Below are positions 30,334 through 38,916 of a DNA stretch of 64,000 nt, piece after piece. The translations under genes were made by a program, and so were the position numbers. Numbering within the stretch: position 1 is the first letter of the stretch; each line of letters opens with the position of its first letter. The notes under the pieces are model-generated. The model saw nothing but the letters and a program-made list of their open reading frames with translations, searched no databases and was not told where the DNA came from. The DNA is from Nostoc sp. DedSLP01 (GTDB lineage: Bacteria; Cyanobacteriota; Cyanobacteriia; Cyanobacteriales; Nostocaceae): NCBI GenBank assembly GCA_034530875.2, contig JAVRCJ020000019.1:32001-96000 (forward strand), written 5' to 3'.

Positions 30334-31074
30334 TTAAGCAAAGGGGGTGGTGAAGTGGTCAAAAGCCAAAGTGTAGTTAGTGCTACCTTGAAATTGATTG
30401 ACTTGTAGGAAATAATCACCAGCATCGTTAATATTAGAAATGAAATCTGAGGCAATACCGCTGTTAATAGAACGGGCAATTTCTTCGCCTGCCTCAACTC
30501 TGCCATTGCGATTAAAGTCTCGAATTATTCTGATATCGGCATCATTGCTCAGTCCGTTCAATGTGATGTTGACGCCCTCAAAACTTCCTAGAGAGAAGTG
30601 ATAAACATCAGCGGTATTTTTGTCATTGATAGAACCAGTGCGCGTAACATCGCCTGATAGGTTACCAAGTTCAAATTCCTTCGGCAGAAGATTGCTGAAA
30701 TCGGATGTTGAATTAGGTGTTGTTGCAGACCAGTCTAAATCGTAAGTCACACTGCCGGAACCAGAAAAGCGAGAAACTTCAGCAAAATAAGTACCTGCGT
30801 TTGCTCTGACATTAATTGAGTCATCAAAGTTACTGGGATTACGCGAACTTGCAACCAATCCATTGGCGCGATCGCTAGCGTCTAATACACCGTTACCATT
30901 AACATCTCGAAAAAGCCTTAGGTCGGAATCATCACCAGCACTAATATCGTTAAGAGATAAATTAACGTTTCTAGTACTATTGATTTGAAACTGATAGACA
31001 TCACTAGAACTTGATGTTTCAAAAGAAAAGTGAGAAGGAGTGCTAGAGAGAGTACCAAGATTAAAATTAGTCAT
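30334..31074 (-). CDS. Two-domain PPC-like (pre-peptidase C-terminal) beta protein, candidate T1SS cargo
   Basis: D.Y.F, L.L...D.D.RL.RD.N.NG and G.YF..V motifs, each twice. Asn/Ser/Gly/Asp-rich, no signal peptide, ends DHFTTPFA. Confidence 0.8.
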   Translation of the reverse strand: MTNFNLGTLSSTPSHFSFETSSSSDVYQFQINSTRNVNLSLNDISAGDDSDLRLFRDVNGNGVLDASDRANGLVASSRNPSNFDDSINVRANAGTYFAEVSRFSGSGSVTYDLDWSATTPNSTSDFSNLLPKEFELGNLSGDVTRTGSINDKNTADVYHFSLGSFEGVNITLNGLSNDADIRIIRDFNRNGRVEAGEEIARSINSGIASDFISNINDAGDYFLQVNQFQGSTNYTLAFDHFTTPFA

Positions 31075-31172
31075 TTTTTTGTTTTTTGGTGTAGATAGTA
31101 ATTTAGTTAATATGTATTTTTTTGTCTAAAGTGTGGAATAAAAGCGGCAAAGTTCAGGTATGATTATCTGCC

Positions 31173-31246
31173 GCTTGCATAATTTGCATACTCTTGAAAG
31201 CCTTGCCATACAATGCTTTCAAGTATTACTCACCAAATGCCTAAAC
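31173..31246 (-). other. Conserved 3' element, copy 2
   Basis: Near-identical to 30255-30333; stem TTGAAAGCCTTG/CAATGCTTTCAA. Confidence 0.6.
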
Positions 31247-32005
31247 TTAAGCAAAGGGGGTAGTGAAGTGGTCAAAAGTCAAGGTGTAATTAGAGGAAGA
31301 AAATTGAGTGACTTGCAAGAAATACTCACCAGATTGATTAATGTTAGAAATCAGATCTGACGTAGTACTTCCATTGATAGAGCGTGCAATTTCCTCACCA
31401 GCATCAACGATACGATTGTTATTAAAGTCTCGAATTAGCCGGATGTCAGCGTCGCCGTTGAGTCCGTTCAATTTAATGTTGACACCCTCAAAAGTTCCCA
31501 AAGAAAAGTTGTAAACATCAGCAGTGTTCTGATTATTGACGTTACCTGTACGAGTAACATCACCTGATAGATTACCAAGTACAAATTCTTTAGGTAAAAG
31601 GTTGCTGAAACTTGATGAAAGAGGAAAAGTTCCAGATGGTTTAGTTGCAGATAAGGCTAAATCGTAACTGACATTCCCTGAACTACCTGGAGCAAAGCGC
31701 GATACTTCTGCAAAAAAAGTACCAGGGGAGGTTTTAAAGTTAATCGCCTCATCTTGGTTACTTCCTCGATTGGAAACAAGTCCAACTGTCCGGTCAAAGT
31801 TATCCAATACGCCGTTCAGGTTAGCATCTCTAAATAGTCGGATGTCTGCATCATCACCAGCACTGATGCTTGTCAGAGACAGGTTGATGTTGCTGCTATC
31901 GGTGATTTTGAATCTAAAAACATCCGTTGGGTCTGTTGTAGTTAAACTGAAGTTATCTTTAATAACAGGAGTGCTACCTAGCGTACCAATATCGAAAAGT
32001 GCCAT
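31247..32005 (-). CDS. Two-domain PPC-like protein, paralog, candidate T1SS cargo
   Basis: Colinear paralog of 30334-31074 with the same DHFTTPFA end. Start placed at MALFDIG after an AGGA RBS. Confidence 0.8.
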   Translation of the reverse strand: MALFDIGTLGSTPVIKDNFSLTTTDPTDVFRFKITDSSNINLSLTSISAGDDADIRLFRDANLNGVLDNFDRTVGLVSNRGSNQDEAINFKTSPGTFFAEVSRFAPGSSGNVSYDLALSATKPSGTFPLSSSFSNLLPKEFVLGNLSGDVTRTGNVNNQNTADVYNFSLGTFEGVNIKLNGLNGDADIRLIRDFNNNRIVDAGEEIARSINGSTTSDLISNINQSGEYFLQVTQFSSSNYTLTFDHFTTPFA

Positions 32006-32109
32006 TTTTTTTGTCCTTTGATGTGTTAATAGTAATGCGGTCAAATTAAGATTAAGTTTTGGCTTACATATATGTAAATTTCCGATTTAAATGGAAATTT
32101 ACTGAGATA

Positions 32110-32200
32110 TATAGGAGTCCTAAATGATTGGTAAAATCTTGCATCAACGCTGTTAACAGCCACCAATGATATTTTCCACAACTCAAATAGGATTGCTATA
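32110..32200. mobile_element. MITE-like element
   Basis: Imperfect TIRs TATAGGAGTCCTAAATGATT and AACTCAAATAGGATTGCTATA; related to 50251-50380. Confidence 0.5.
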
Positions 32201-32437
32201 GCGGCTTAGAATTTAATGAAAATAAGGAAAATTTATCATTTGAAATACAGCCTTAGCTATTTCCTTTTGCGCTTACCTCGTTCAGAACCTTTTGTTTAAC
32301 CATGAATCTAAATTAAGCTGTTTTTTCAATAAATACAGCATGAAAAAGGCTTGAATAGTTAGGTGTTTGGAAAAAAATTAAAAGTGGTTTGTCTTATTTA
32401 GTAATAAAAAGTCTTAGAGGATGTTTGAAAAGCCCTC

Positions 32438-32700
32438 TTCGCTGAATAAGTAGACTGAACTGGTGCAGCCCGATCGCCCAAAAAACTGCCGACATTAATC
32501 AGTGCGCCGTAACTTCCGCGCTGTTTAAAGTGTTTGACGGCTACGCGGGAACCATAGACAACTCCCCAGAAGTTAGTGTCAAACATACGCTTCCTGGTAT
32601 AGAAACGTCTTCACAGCCTCCGAAGATAGAGACACCTGCATTATTCACCCAAGTATCGAAGCCTCCGAACTTAGCGTTCGCTGTATCAGCAATACGATTT
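32438..32700 (-). pseudogene. Short-chain dehydrogenase fragment, frameshifted
   Basis: FGGFDTWVNNAGVSIFG, then a frameshift, then MFDTNFWGVVYGS..GALINVGS..YSA. Both ends are lost. Confidence 0.8.
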
Positions 32701-32757
32701 ACATTTAGAACTTATGCACTGAAGCCTGAAACCTAGATCCCCCCACTACCCCCCAAA

Positions 32758-32897
32758 GCTACCGTGTACACACAAATCATTCGATCCCCCTAAATCTCCC
32801 TTTTTAAGGGGGACTTGAAGAAAATTTCCCAAGGGGGGGTTAGGAGGGATCGAAACGCTGTGAGGCAATTTTATAGGAGTTGTCTGTACACCGTAGC
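32758..32897. mobile_element. MITE-like element nested in a CCCCC...AAAAGGGGG dispersed repeat
   Basis: TIRs GCTACCGTGTACACACAA and TTGTCTGTACACCGTAGC (16/18 match). Confidence 0.7.
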
Positions 32898-33159
32898 CTT
32901 AAAAAGGGGAGAACTTCAAAGCCCCCTTTTTAAGGGAGTTGGGGGATCTGAGTGCGAAAGTCCTAACATCTTCTTCACTATTGATGCCAAAAAGATTGAA
33001 AATTACATAGAAAATATTTGTAAAGAGTAAATATTATTTTTATACTTTTATCTCTAAAGTATTTAGCCCTGCAATATCCTATCTGACTTTACAAATATCC
33101 TCTTGAATGTAGTGACTTAAGTTAAAATCTGCTGTAGCTACAATTAAAACCTAGAATTT

Positions 33160-34011
33160 ATGAAATTTGCTGTTTCTATTATTAAACCATCTGAGTATCC
33201 CCATAGTGAAGCCTTTCAAGAAATAGGTGAAACTATTCATTATGGATTAACAGAATTAGGTTATGATTCGATATTAACTACAGCAACAAATTTAGGCGAT
33301 CGCCAATTAATTGTTTTAGGTGCAAATCTTCTTTCCTGGTATCCAGTCACTCTACCCTCTGATGCAATTATCTATAACCTGGAACAGATTTATCAAGGTT
33401 CTCAATGGTTAACACCAGATTTATTGAACTTATTTCGTCAATATCGTGTCTGGGACTACAGCCAAGAAAATATTTTGCAACTTGCCAAATTTCAAATCAC
33501 TAACGTTAGCTATTTACCAATTGGCTATGTACCCCAATTAACTCGCATCAATCAAATCGCAGAAGCACAACAAGATATTGATGTTCTATTTTATGGTTCG
33601 CTAACTCAAGAACGTTTGTCTATTATTAGAGCGCTTCAGGCTCATGGTTTAAATACTGTTGCGCTTTATGGAGTATATGGTGAAGAAAGAGATAAATTTA
33701 TTAGCCGTGCCAAGATTGTTATTAATATACATGCCTGCGAAAGTAAATTATTTGAAATAGCGCGTGTTTCTTATTTATTGGCTAATCAAAAATTTGTGAT
33801 TTCCGAACGTGGATTAAATCCAGCCGCAGAAGCTCCATTTTCATCAGGAATGGTCTTTGCAGACTACGATAAATTGGTCAATACTTGTCTAGATTTTATC
33901 CATCGACCTTGCCGCCGGAGGCAGATTGCCACAACTGGATTCGAGATTATGCAACAGCGATCGCAAGCTAACTATCTCCGTAGCGTTCTTGCATGTAAGT
34001 CTTGCAAGTAG
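33160..34011 (+). CDS. Glycosyltransferase-like protein (GT-B type)
   Basis: IIYNLEQI, VWDYS..N, DIDVLFYGS..R, R..I.RAKIV.NIH and FEI.RVSYLLAN...VISE. Confidence 0.75.
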   Translation: MKFAVSIIKPSEYPHSEAFQEIGETIHYGLTELGYDSILTTATNLGDRQLIVLGANLLSWYPVTLPSDAIIYNLEQIYQGSQWLTPDLLNLFRQYRVWDYSQENILQLAKFQITNVSYLPIGYVPQLTRINQIAEAQQDIDVLFYGSLTQERLSIIRALQAHGLNTVALYGVYGEERDKFISRAKIVINIHACESKLFEIARVSYLLANQKFVISERGLNPAAEAPFSSGMVFADYDKLVNTCLDFIHRPCRRRQIATTGFEIMQQRSQANYLRSVLACKSCK

Positions 34012-34083
34012 CATATATCAAAAAGCTTAAACAGCAGAAATTATATGACGATTTTGAAAACTTTGTCATCTCCAAGATGTACT

Positions 34084-34692
34084 TTAAGTTGGCGAAATTT
34101 CCTGATAAGCTTGGCGACATTGCTCGTAGTTATCTGGTAAAATTTCGCCATTACCAAAACATAATTGCTCGTGAGTAGTAATTAAAGTTTCATAAGGTTG
34201 TATGGGACTCACAGACGATCGCAGCAATTGCAGATATTCTCCATCTGTACGACTGAGTTTGTGGGGGGCAATGGCTTGCTGATGCAAGTGTTGTAACATT
34301 GCTAAATAAAGACAACGGCAAGCTTCACGGTAGTTACCTTGACGGTAAAATTTTTGCGATCGCTCCAACAAAACGGCAATAGATGTTTCACTAGAGGTAT
34401 TTTTGTCGCTCAAATCGCTGAAATTACCACCGCTATTCAGCCAAGAATATATATAAGGATTGAATTCTTCCCATAATCGCCAAACCACCCAAGCTACAAA
34501 TAAGCCCAATATTAACCAAAACAGGATTTTTAGTAACTCACCTACCCAAGGACTAATTGACCATCCACCAGGCAATTCTGGTAGAGATCTTTCCAAACGG
34601 TAGAACTGGTATTCCCACCATTCTCCGATTTTTTGTTGAAATTGAGAGAACTGCCAATTCCAGTTAGTTTTTTCAAAAGCTTCTGCGGACAT
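34084..34692 (-). CDS. DUF4129 domain membrane protein
   Basis: G.YREACR.LY.A.L..L, SRTDGEY and HE.LCFG. Start at MSAEAF; the upstream extension is repeat DNA. Confidence 0.8.
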   Translation of the reverse strand: MSAEAFEKTNWNWQFSQFQQKIGEWWEYQFYRLERSLPELPGGWSISPWVGELLKILFWLILGLFVAWVVWRLWEEFNPYIYSWLNSGGNFSDLSDKNTSSETSIAVLLERSQKFYRQGNYREACRCLYLAMLQHLHQQAIAPHKLSRTDGEYLQLLRSSVSPIQPYETLITTHEQLCFGNGEILPDNYEQCRQAYQEISPT

Positions 34693-34693
34693 A

Positions 34694-34910
34694 GGGGGAG
34701 TGGGGGAGGTGGGGGATGGGGAAGTGTCGGGAGAGAGGGGGGAGATGAGGAGATGGGGAAGTGTCGGGAGAGAGGGGGGAGATGAGGAGATGGAGAAGTG
34801 TGGGGAGAGAGGGGGGAAAGATTTCTTCCCCATCTTCCCACACCTCCCACACCCCCCACACTCCCTGCTTGCCCAATGCCCCATGCCCCATGCCCTATTC
34901 CCTACTCCCT
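34694..34910. repeat. G-rich tandem/dispersed repeat and STRR (TGCCCCA)
   Basis: Repeated GATGGGGAAGTGTCGGGAGAGAGGGGGGAGATGAGGA units; shares a block with 10050-10130. Confidence 0.8.
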
Positions 34911-35390
34911 AATAATTACTGACTCTTTTTGTATCATTATCCAGCCGATAACAGCAAGTAGGGCACCGAATGCTAGAAATCCTATGTCCCAAGCTAACTG
35001 ATTGGGGCCTGGTTTGACATGATGAATACCGAGGATTTGGTGGTCAATTACTCCTTCAACTAAGTTAAATAACCCAGCGCCAATCAGTATCGAACCAACG
35101 AAGGTCTGTGATGACCAAGGAACATCATCACGACCTCCAGCACGCCATAGCAAGGTTATTCCTACTACGGTTAATATCCAATCAAAGGCATGAAATAATC
35201 CGTCCCAGACCATGTTCAAATCTTGATTGGTATCGTTTGTCAGAGGCCGAATGTTGCTCAACATGTGATGCCACTGGAGCAACTGATGCAGTAAAATTCC
35301 ATCAACAAATCCTCCAAGACCCAAACCAAGAAAAACTCCGGCAATAATTAGAGGTGTGCGTCGGTTGAGGGTTGTACTTTTCGGCTCCAT
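34902..35390 (-). CDS. DUF2243 membrane protein
   Basis: G.GLGGF.DGI..HQLLQWHHM, WDGLFH, FNL.EG.IDHQILGIHHV and WD.GF. Confidence 0.88.
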   Translation of the reverse strand: MEPKSTTLNRRTPLIIAGVFLGLGLGGFVDGILLHQLLQWHHMLSNIRPLTNDTNQDLNMVWDGLFHAFDWILTVVGITLLWRAGGRDDVPWSSQTFVGSILIGAGLFNLVEGVIDHQILGIHHVKPGPNQLAWDIGFLAFGALLAVIGWIMIQKESVIIRE

Positions 35391-35498
35391 TATCAACCTC
35401 ATAGAAGATTTTGTTACCAAAATAGAGGTTTTTTGGTAACGAAATCTTCTATCTTGAGGCAAGTGCGATCGCCTCATATCTATGGAATTTAAAATTAA

Positions 35499-35891
35499 TT
35501 AATCTTTGATTTTAATTTGCATACCCGCTTTTACTGGGTCGAAATTTTCGGGAAAATGGGTACTGCGATCGTAGTCTGCTTTTTCTAGTTTTGCTCCTTT
35601 GAGGTCAGCTTCGCGAAGGTTCGCTGACATTAACAATGCTCCCCTGAGATCGGCATCTCTTAAATTAGCTTGGCTTAAATCTGCAAAACTCAGATCGGTT
35701 CCCCTTAAGTTAGCGCCACTCAAATTAGACTCGCTCAAATCAGCATAGCTGAAGTCAGATCCTTTCAAATTAATACCTTGCAAATCAGCATTACCTAGTT
35801 CTGCTTTGCTAAAGTCTCGTTTTCCTGCTGCATAACTCTCCAAAATAGCAGCAGCATTATTAATAGACTGTTGAGAATTTACTTCAGACAT
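35499..35891 (-). CDS. Pentapeptide repeat protein
   Basis: A(D/N)LXX repeats; Y..G.RDF start and T.FP..FDP end. Confidence 0.92.
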   Translation of the reverse strand: MSEVNSQQSINNAAAILESYAAGKRDFSKAELGNADLQGINLKGSDFSYADLSESNLSGANLRGTDLSFADLSQANLRDADLRGALLMSANLREADLKGAKLEKADYDRSTHFPENFDPVKAGMQIKIKD

Positions 35892-36224
35892 ATAACAGGC
35901 TCACAGGCTATATCATTAATTTCTTGTACTCAGGATTACATCATACAAAATGTCCAGTTAGACATTTGAGATAGCAAACTTTTCAAAACTTACTTGCTCG
36001 AGGAACTCGTATTAGGTAAACTAAGCGATCGCTTCAGAACAGTTTGAAAGTGCGAATTATTACTGACATTAAAATAATAAAAATATACAAAGGTGTGTCA
36101 GAACTAATCTCCATAACACACCCTCAAATTTATTCATGGGTTTCCCTACACCCCACACCCTACCCCCTTCGTGGTGGCTTGCTTGCACCAGTCTATCTGA
36201 CAAAGGTGAGGTAGTTGAAGCGTT

Positions 36225-36659
36225 CTAAATGTAATACATCAGTTCTTTTTGCTGTCGGATTGTTCTGCGATCGCAAAGATCTTGCAGTGTATATTTTTCC
36301 AATACAGAGTTAGCAGCTTGACGCGCTTCCAGCCAAACTTCCTGAATTAACTCACCTTCTACCGTGCTGGGAGGCGGCTCGGAAGTAGAGACAACATCTG
36401 ACCCTTCCATACAAGTAAAAGCGTCGAGTACTGTGATTGTCCTGGGGTCTCGTGCCAAAACATAGCCACCTTTGGCTCCACGTATACTCTTGATTAAACC
36501 TCCACGCCTTAATGTTGCTAGGAGCTGTTCTAAGTAGCGGTTTGGTATGTCTTGTAATGCTGCTATCTCGCGAATTTGCAGCGCGTCACCGTTAGGGTAG
36601 CAGGTTGCTAACTCTAACAGAGCTAGAAGTGCGTATTCTGATTTGTTAGAGATCACCAC
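36225..36659 (-). CDS. Rrf2 family regulator, CymR-like
   Basis: K.EYALLALLELA, YLEQLL..LRR.GLI.S.RG.KGGY.L; no IscR three-Cys motif; ends MYYI. Confidence 0.9.
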   Translation of the reverse strand: MVISNKSEYALLALLELATCYPNGDALQIREIAALQDIPNRYLEQLLATLRRGGLIKSIRGAKGGYVLARDPRTITVLDAFTCMEGSDVVSTSEPPPSTVEGELIQEVWLEARQAANSVLEKYTLQDLCDRRTIRQQKELMYYI

Positions 36660-36906
36660 AGGCGTAATATTTTAAACTCACACCTAAATATACAAAGTTA
36701 CTAAGCCTATTTCCCTAAGCTTTTGCTTAGAAAAACTTTACAATCATCTAATTGTTGACCGGCTAACTCTACTTTAAAGGCTTTGAAAGATAAAACCAAA
36801 TATATTTTTTTTTTAATTTGATAAATAAAAGTGATTGATTTAAGTTAGTGTTGTTTTTTAGTCTCTGAAGAAAAGCAGAGAGTAGGGAATGGGCAAAGAA
36901 GCTTGC

Positions 36907-37530
36907 TTAGTAAATACTTCGCCAAGCTTTCACCGTGCCTTTACCAATTTTGCTATCAACAGTTTGGCCTCCTGACAAGACTAGTCTGATATCTAAGTTT
37001 TTATCTGGAGCATTTTTCAAAGCAGTGGCTAATTCTGGGCTGACGGCAAATGTGCCAGTTGAACCGTCTAATTGAAATACTTGTTCTCCGATTTTGAGGA
37101 AGAGTTTATCTACTTTTTGGGTAGTGACGAACCTGAGATGATAATCGGGTCTGAGATAGAGATCGCCTGCTGTATAGAAAGAATAACTTTCTTGGGCAGA
37201 ATTTACTATTACGAGTAGTCTAATGCTTGAAGGAGTCCACAAACTAATAACTTGTTTTGAAGCATTAGTGTATAAATAGCCACCTAAATAATTGCGATCG
37301 AAAACTCCAAATAACTCGCCTTCAAAAGGATCGACAATTTTCACTGGTTTTGACCAAGGTACATTCATGTTCGGTGACAAACCAGTTGATTTAACTACTG
37401 GTAAATTACTTGATGCTTGGGCGAGGTTAGCTATCTTTTGCACGCTGGAAGCGTTACAAAGTTGAGGGGAAAGCACAGCCAAGCTAGCTCCTAAAAATAG
37501 AAATGGGATTGTTTGTGATAAGTTCATCAT
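36907..37530 (-). CDS. Secreted hypothetical protein
   Basis: 207 aa with signal peptide; VPWSKPV...DPFEG and IG.GTV.AW..IY. Confidence 0.7.
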   Translation of the reverse strand: MMNLSQTIPFLFLGASLAVLSPQLCNASSVQKIANLAQASSNLPVVKSTGLSPNMNVPWSKPVKIVDPFEGELFGVFDRNYLGGYLYTNASKQVISLWTPSSIRLLVIVNSAQESYSFYTAGDLYLRPDYHLRFVTTQKVDKLFLKIGEQVFQLDGSTGTFAVSPELATALKNAPDKNLDIRLVLSGGQTVDSKIGKGTVKAWRSIY

Positions 37531-37688
37531 GAGTCAGAGGTCGAATGATATTGCAAAGGTATATCCAATACTTTCGATCTTAAAACTCTATTCATCGATT
37601 GGTAGCTGAATGTGAGTTTCCAATTTGCTCTAAATCAGGATGAATTTTCTAACGTTACTTTAGATTATTCTCAATTCTGAATTCTCTT

Positions 37689-38642
37689 TTATTTCTCACA
37701 CATCGATAACAGAAGACATTCCCAAACTAAGCGTGGTTGAGCGTAAGCAAGTAATTGTTTCCGAGCTTGTTCTAGCTGCTCAATTATTTTGGATTGATGC
37801 CACTGTTGCCAATAAAATTGTTGAAGGTAATCAATTAACCACAGTTGTGATTCTGTTTCTAACTCTTTATCAATTTTCTTGGCTAATTCTAAGGCGTTGC
37901 GGTAAGATTTCGGCGGTTTTTCCAAATCTGCCAAGAATTCACGGGGAATAGCTTGTAATTGCTCGTAAGAAGCGATCGCACTTCTGGCACTGCCAGCTGC
38001 TATATTCAATACTGCTTGATGTTGCAAAATTTCCTCATGACCTGTTTGCCTGAGTACGCTAGCCAAAGACTGTGCATCTAGGCGATAAAAAGGAATGCGT
38101 TGGCAGCGTGACACCAAAGTTGGTAGCACAGACTCAACTGTAGGTGCAATTAAAATTAATGTTGCTTGTCCTGGTTCTTCTAAAGTTTTTAGTAAAGCAT
38201 TAGCTGCTGCTTCTGCCATTGTTTGGGCTTCTTCTAGCACTACCACATTCCTTGGTGCTTCCAAAGGCGGACGACTGAGAAATTCGGTAATTTCGCGAAT
38301 TTGCTCTAGGCGAATTACTGGCGGTGTCTTACGCTTAATTCCTTTTTGGGCTGCTTCTGCTGCGGTGAATCTTTGCCCTTGGTATTGGTAAGTTGGTTGC
38401 ACCCACAATAAAGCTGGGTGGTTACCTTGACGCAAACGATTTTGTAAAGATGCAGTGGTTCCCATTGCACTGGAAAATAGCAATTCTACAAAACACCTAG
38501 CTGCTAAACTTCTGCCTACACCATCTGGTCCGACAAATAAATAAGCTGGAGAAACGCGGTTTTGTATGACAGCTTGAGTAAGTAATTCTACGGCTTGTTG
38601 TTGTCCTATAATTGGTGCAAAGGGATCGTTAAGCATTAACAT
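37689..38642 (-). CDS. holB: DNA polymerase III subunit delta'
   Basis: IIGQ.QAV..L, AYLF.GP.GVG, NHP, AANALLKTLEEP and LPT.VSRC. Confidence 0.93.
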   Translation of the reverse strand: MLMLNDPFAPIIGQQQAVELLTQAVIQNRVSPAYLFVGPDGVGRSLAARCFVELLFSSAMGTTASLQNRLRQGNHPALLWVQPTYQYQGQRFTAAEAAQKGIKRKTPPVIRLEQIREITEFLSRPPLEAPRNVVVLEEAQTMAEAAANALLKTLEEPGQATLILIAPTVESVLPTLVSRCQRIPFYRLDAQSLASVLRQTGHEEILQHQAVLNIAAGSARSAIASYEQLQAIPREFLADLEKPPKSYRNALELAKKIDKELETESQLWLIDYLQQFYWQQWHQSKIIEQLEQARKQLLAYAQPRLVWECLLLSMCEK

Positions 38643-38916
38643 GGGTCAATCGTAATTTGTATAACAGCAGATGCAATATTATGATTTCTTGCGATTTGAT
38701 ACTCTGCTATTTTTTTATAGCAACTGTCTTGGAAATTAAGCGATCGCCTATAAAAAGTTTTTGGGTTATCAAACGCAATAATCAGAATCTGATTAGTTAC
38801 AAATGTCGCAAATAAATAGCACTTATACCCATAATAAATACTTCTAGGATTAATCTCCGATCGCACAAACAAACTGGGAATACTAAAAGTAGGTATTTTA
38901 GGATTGCCTACACTTT

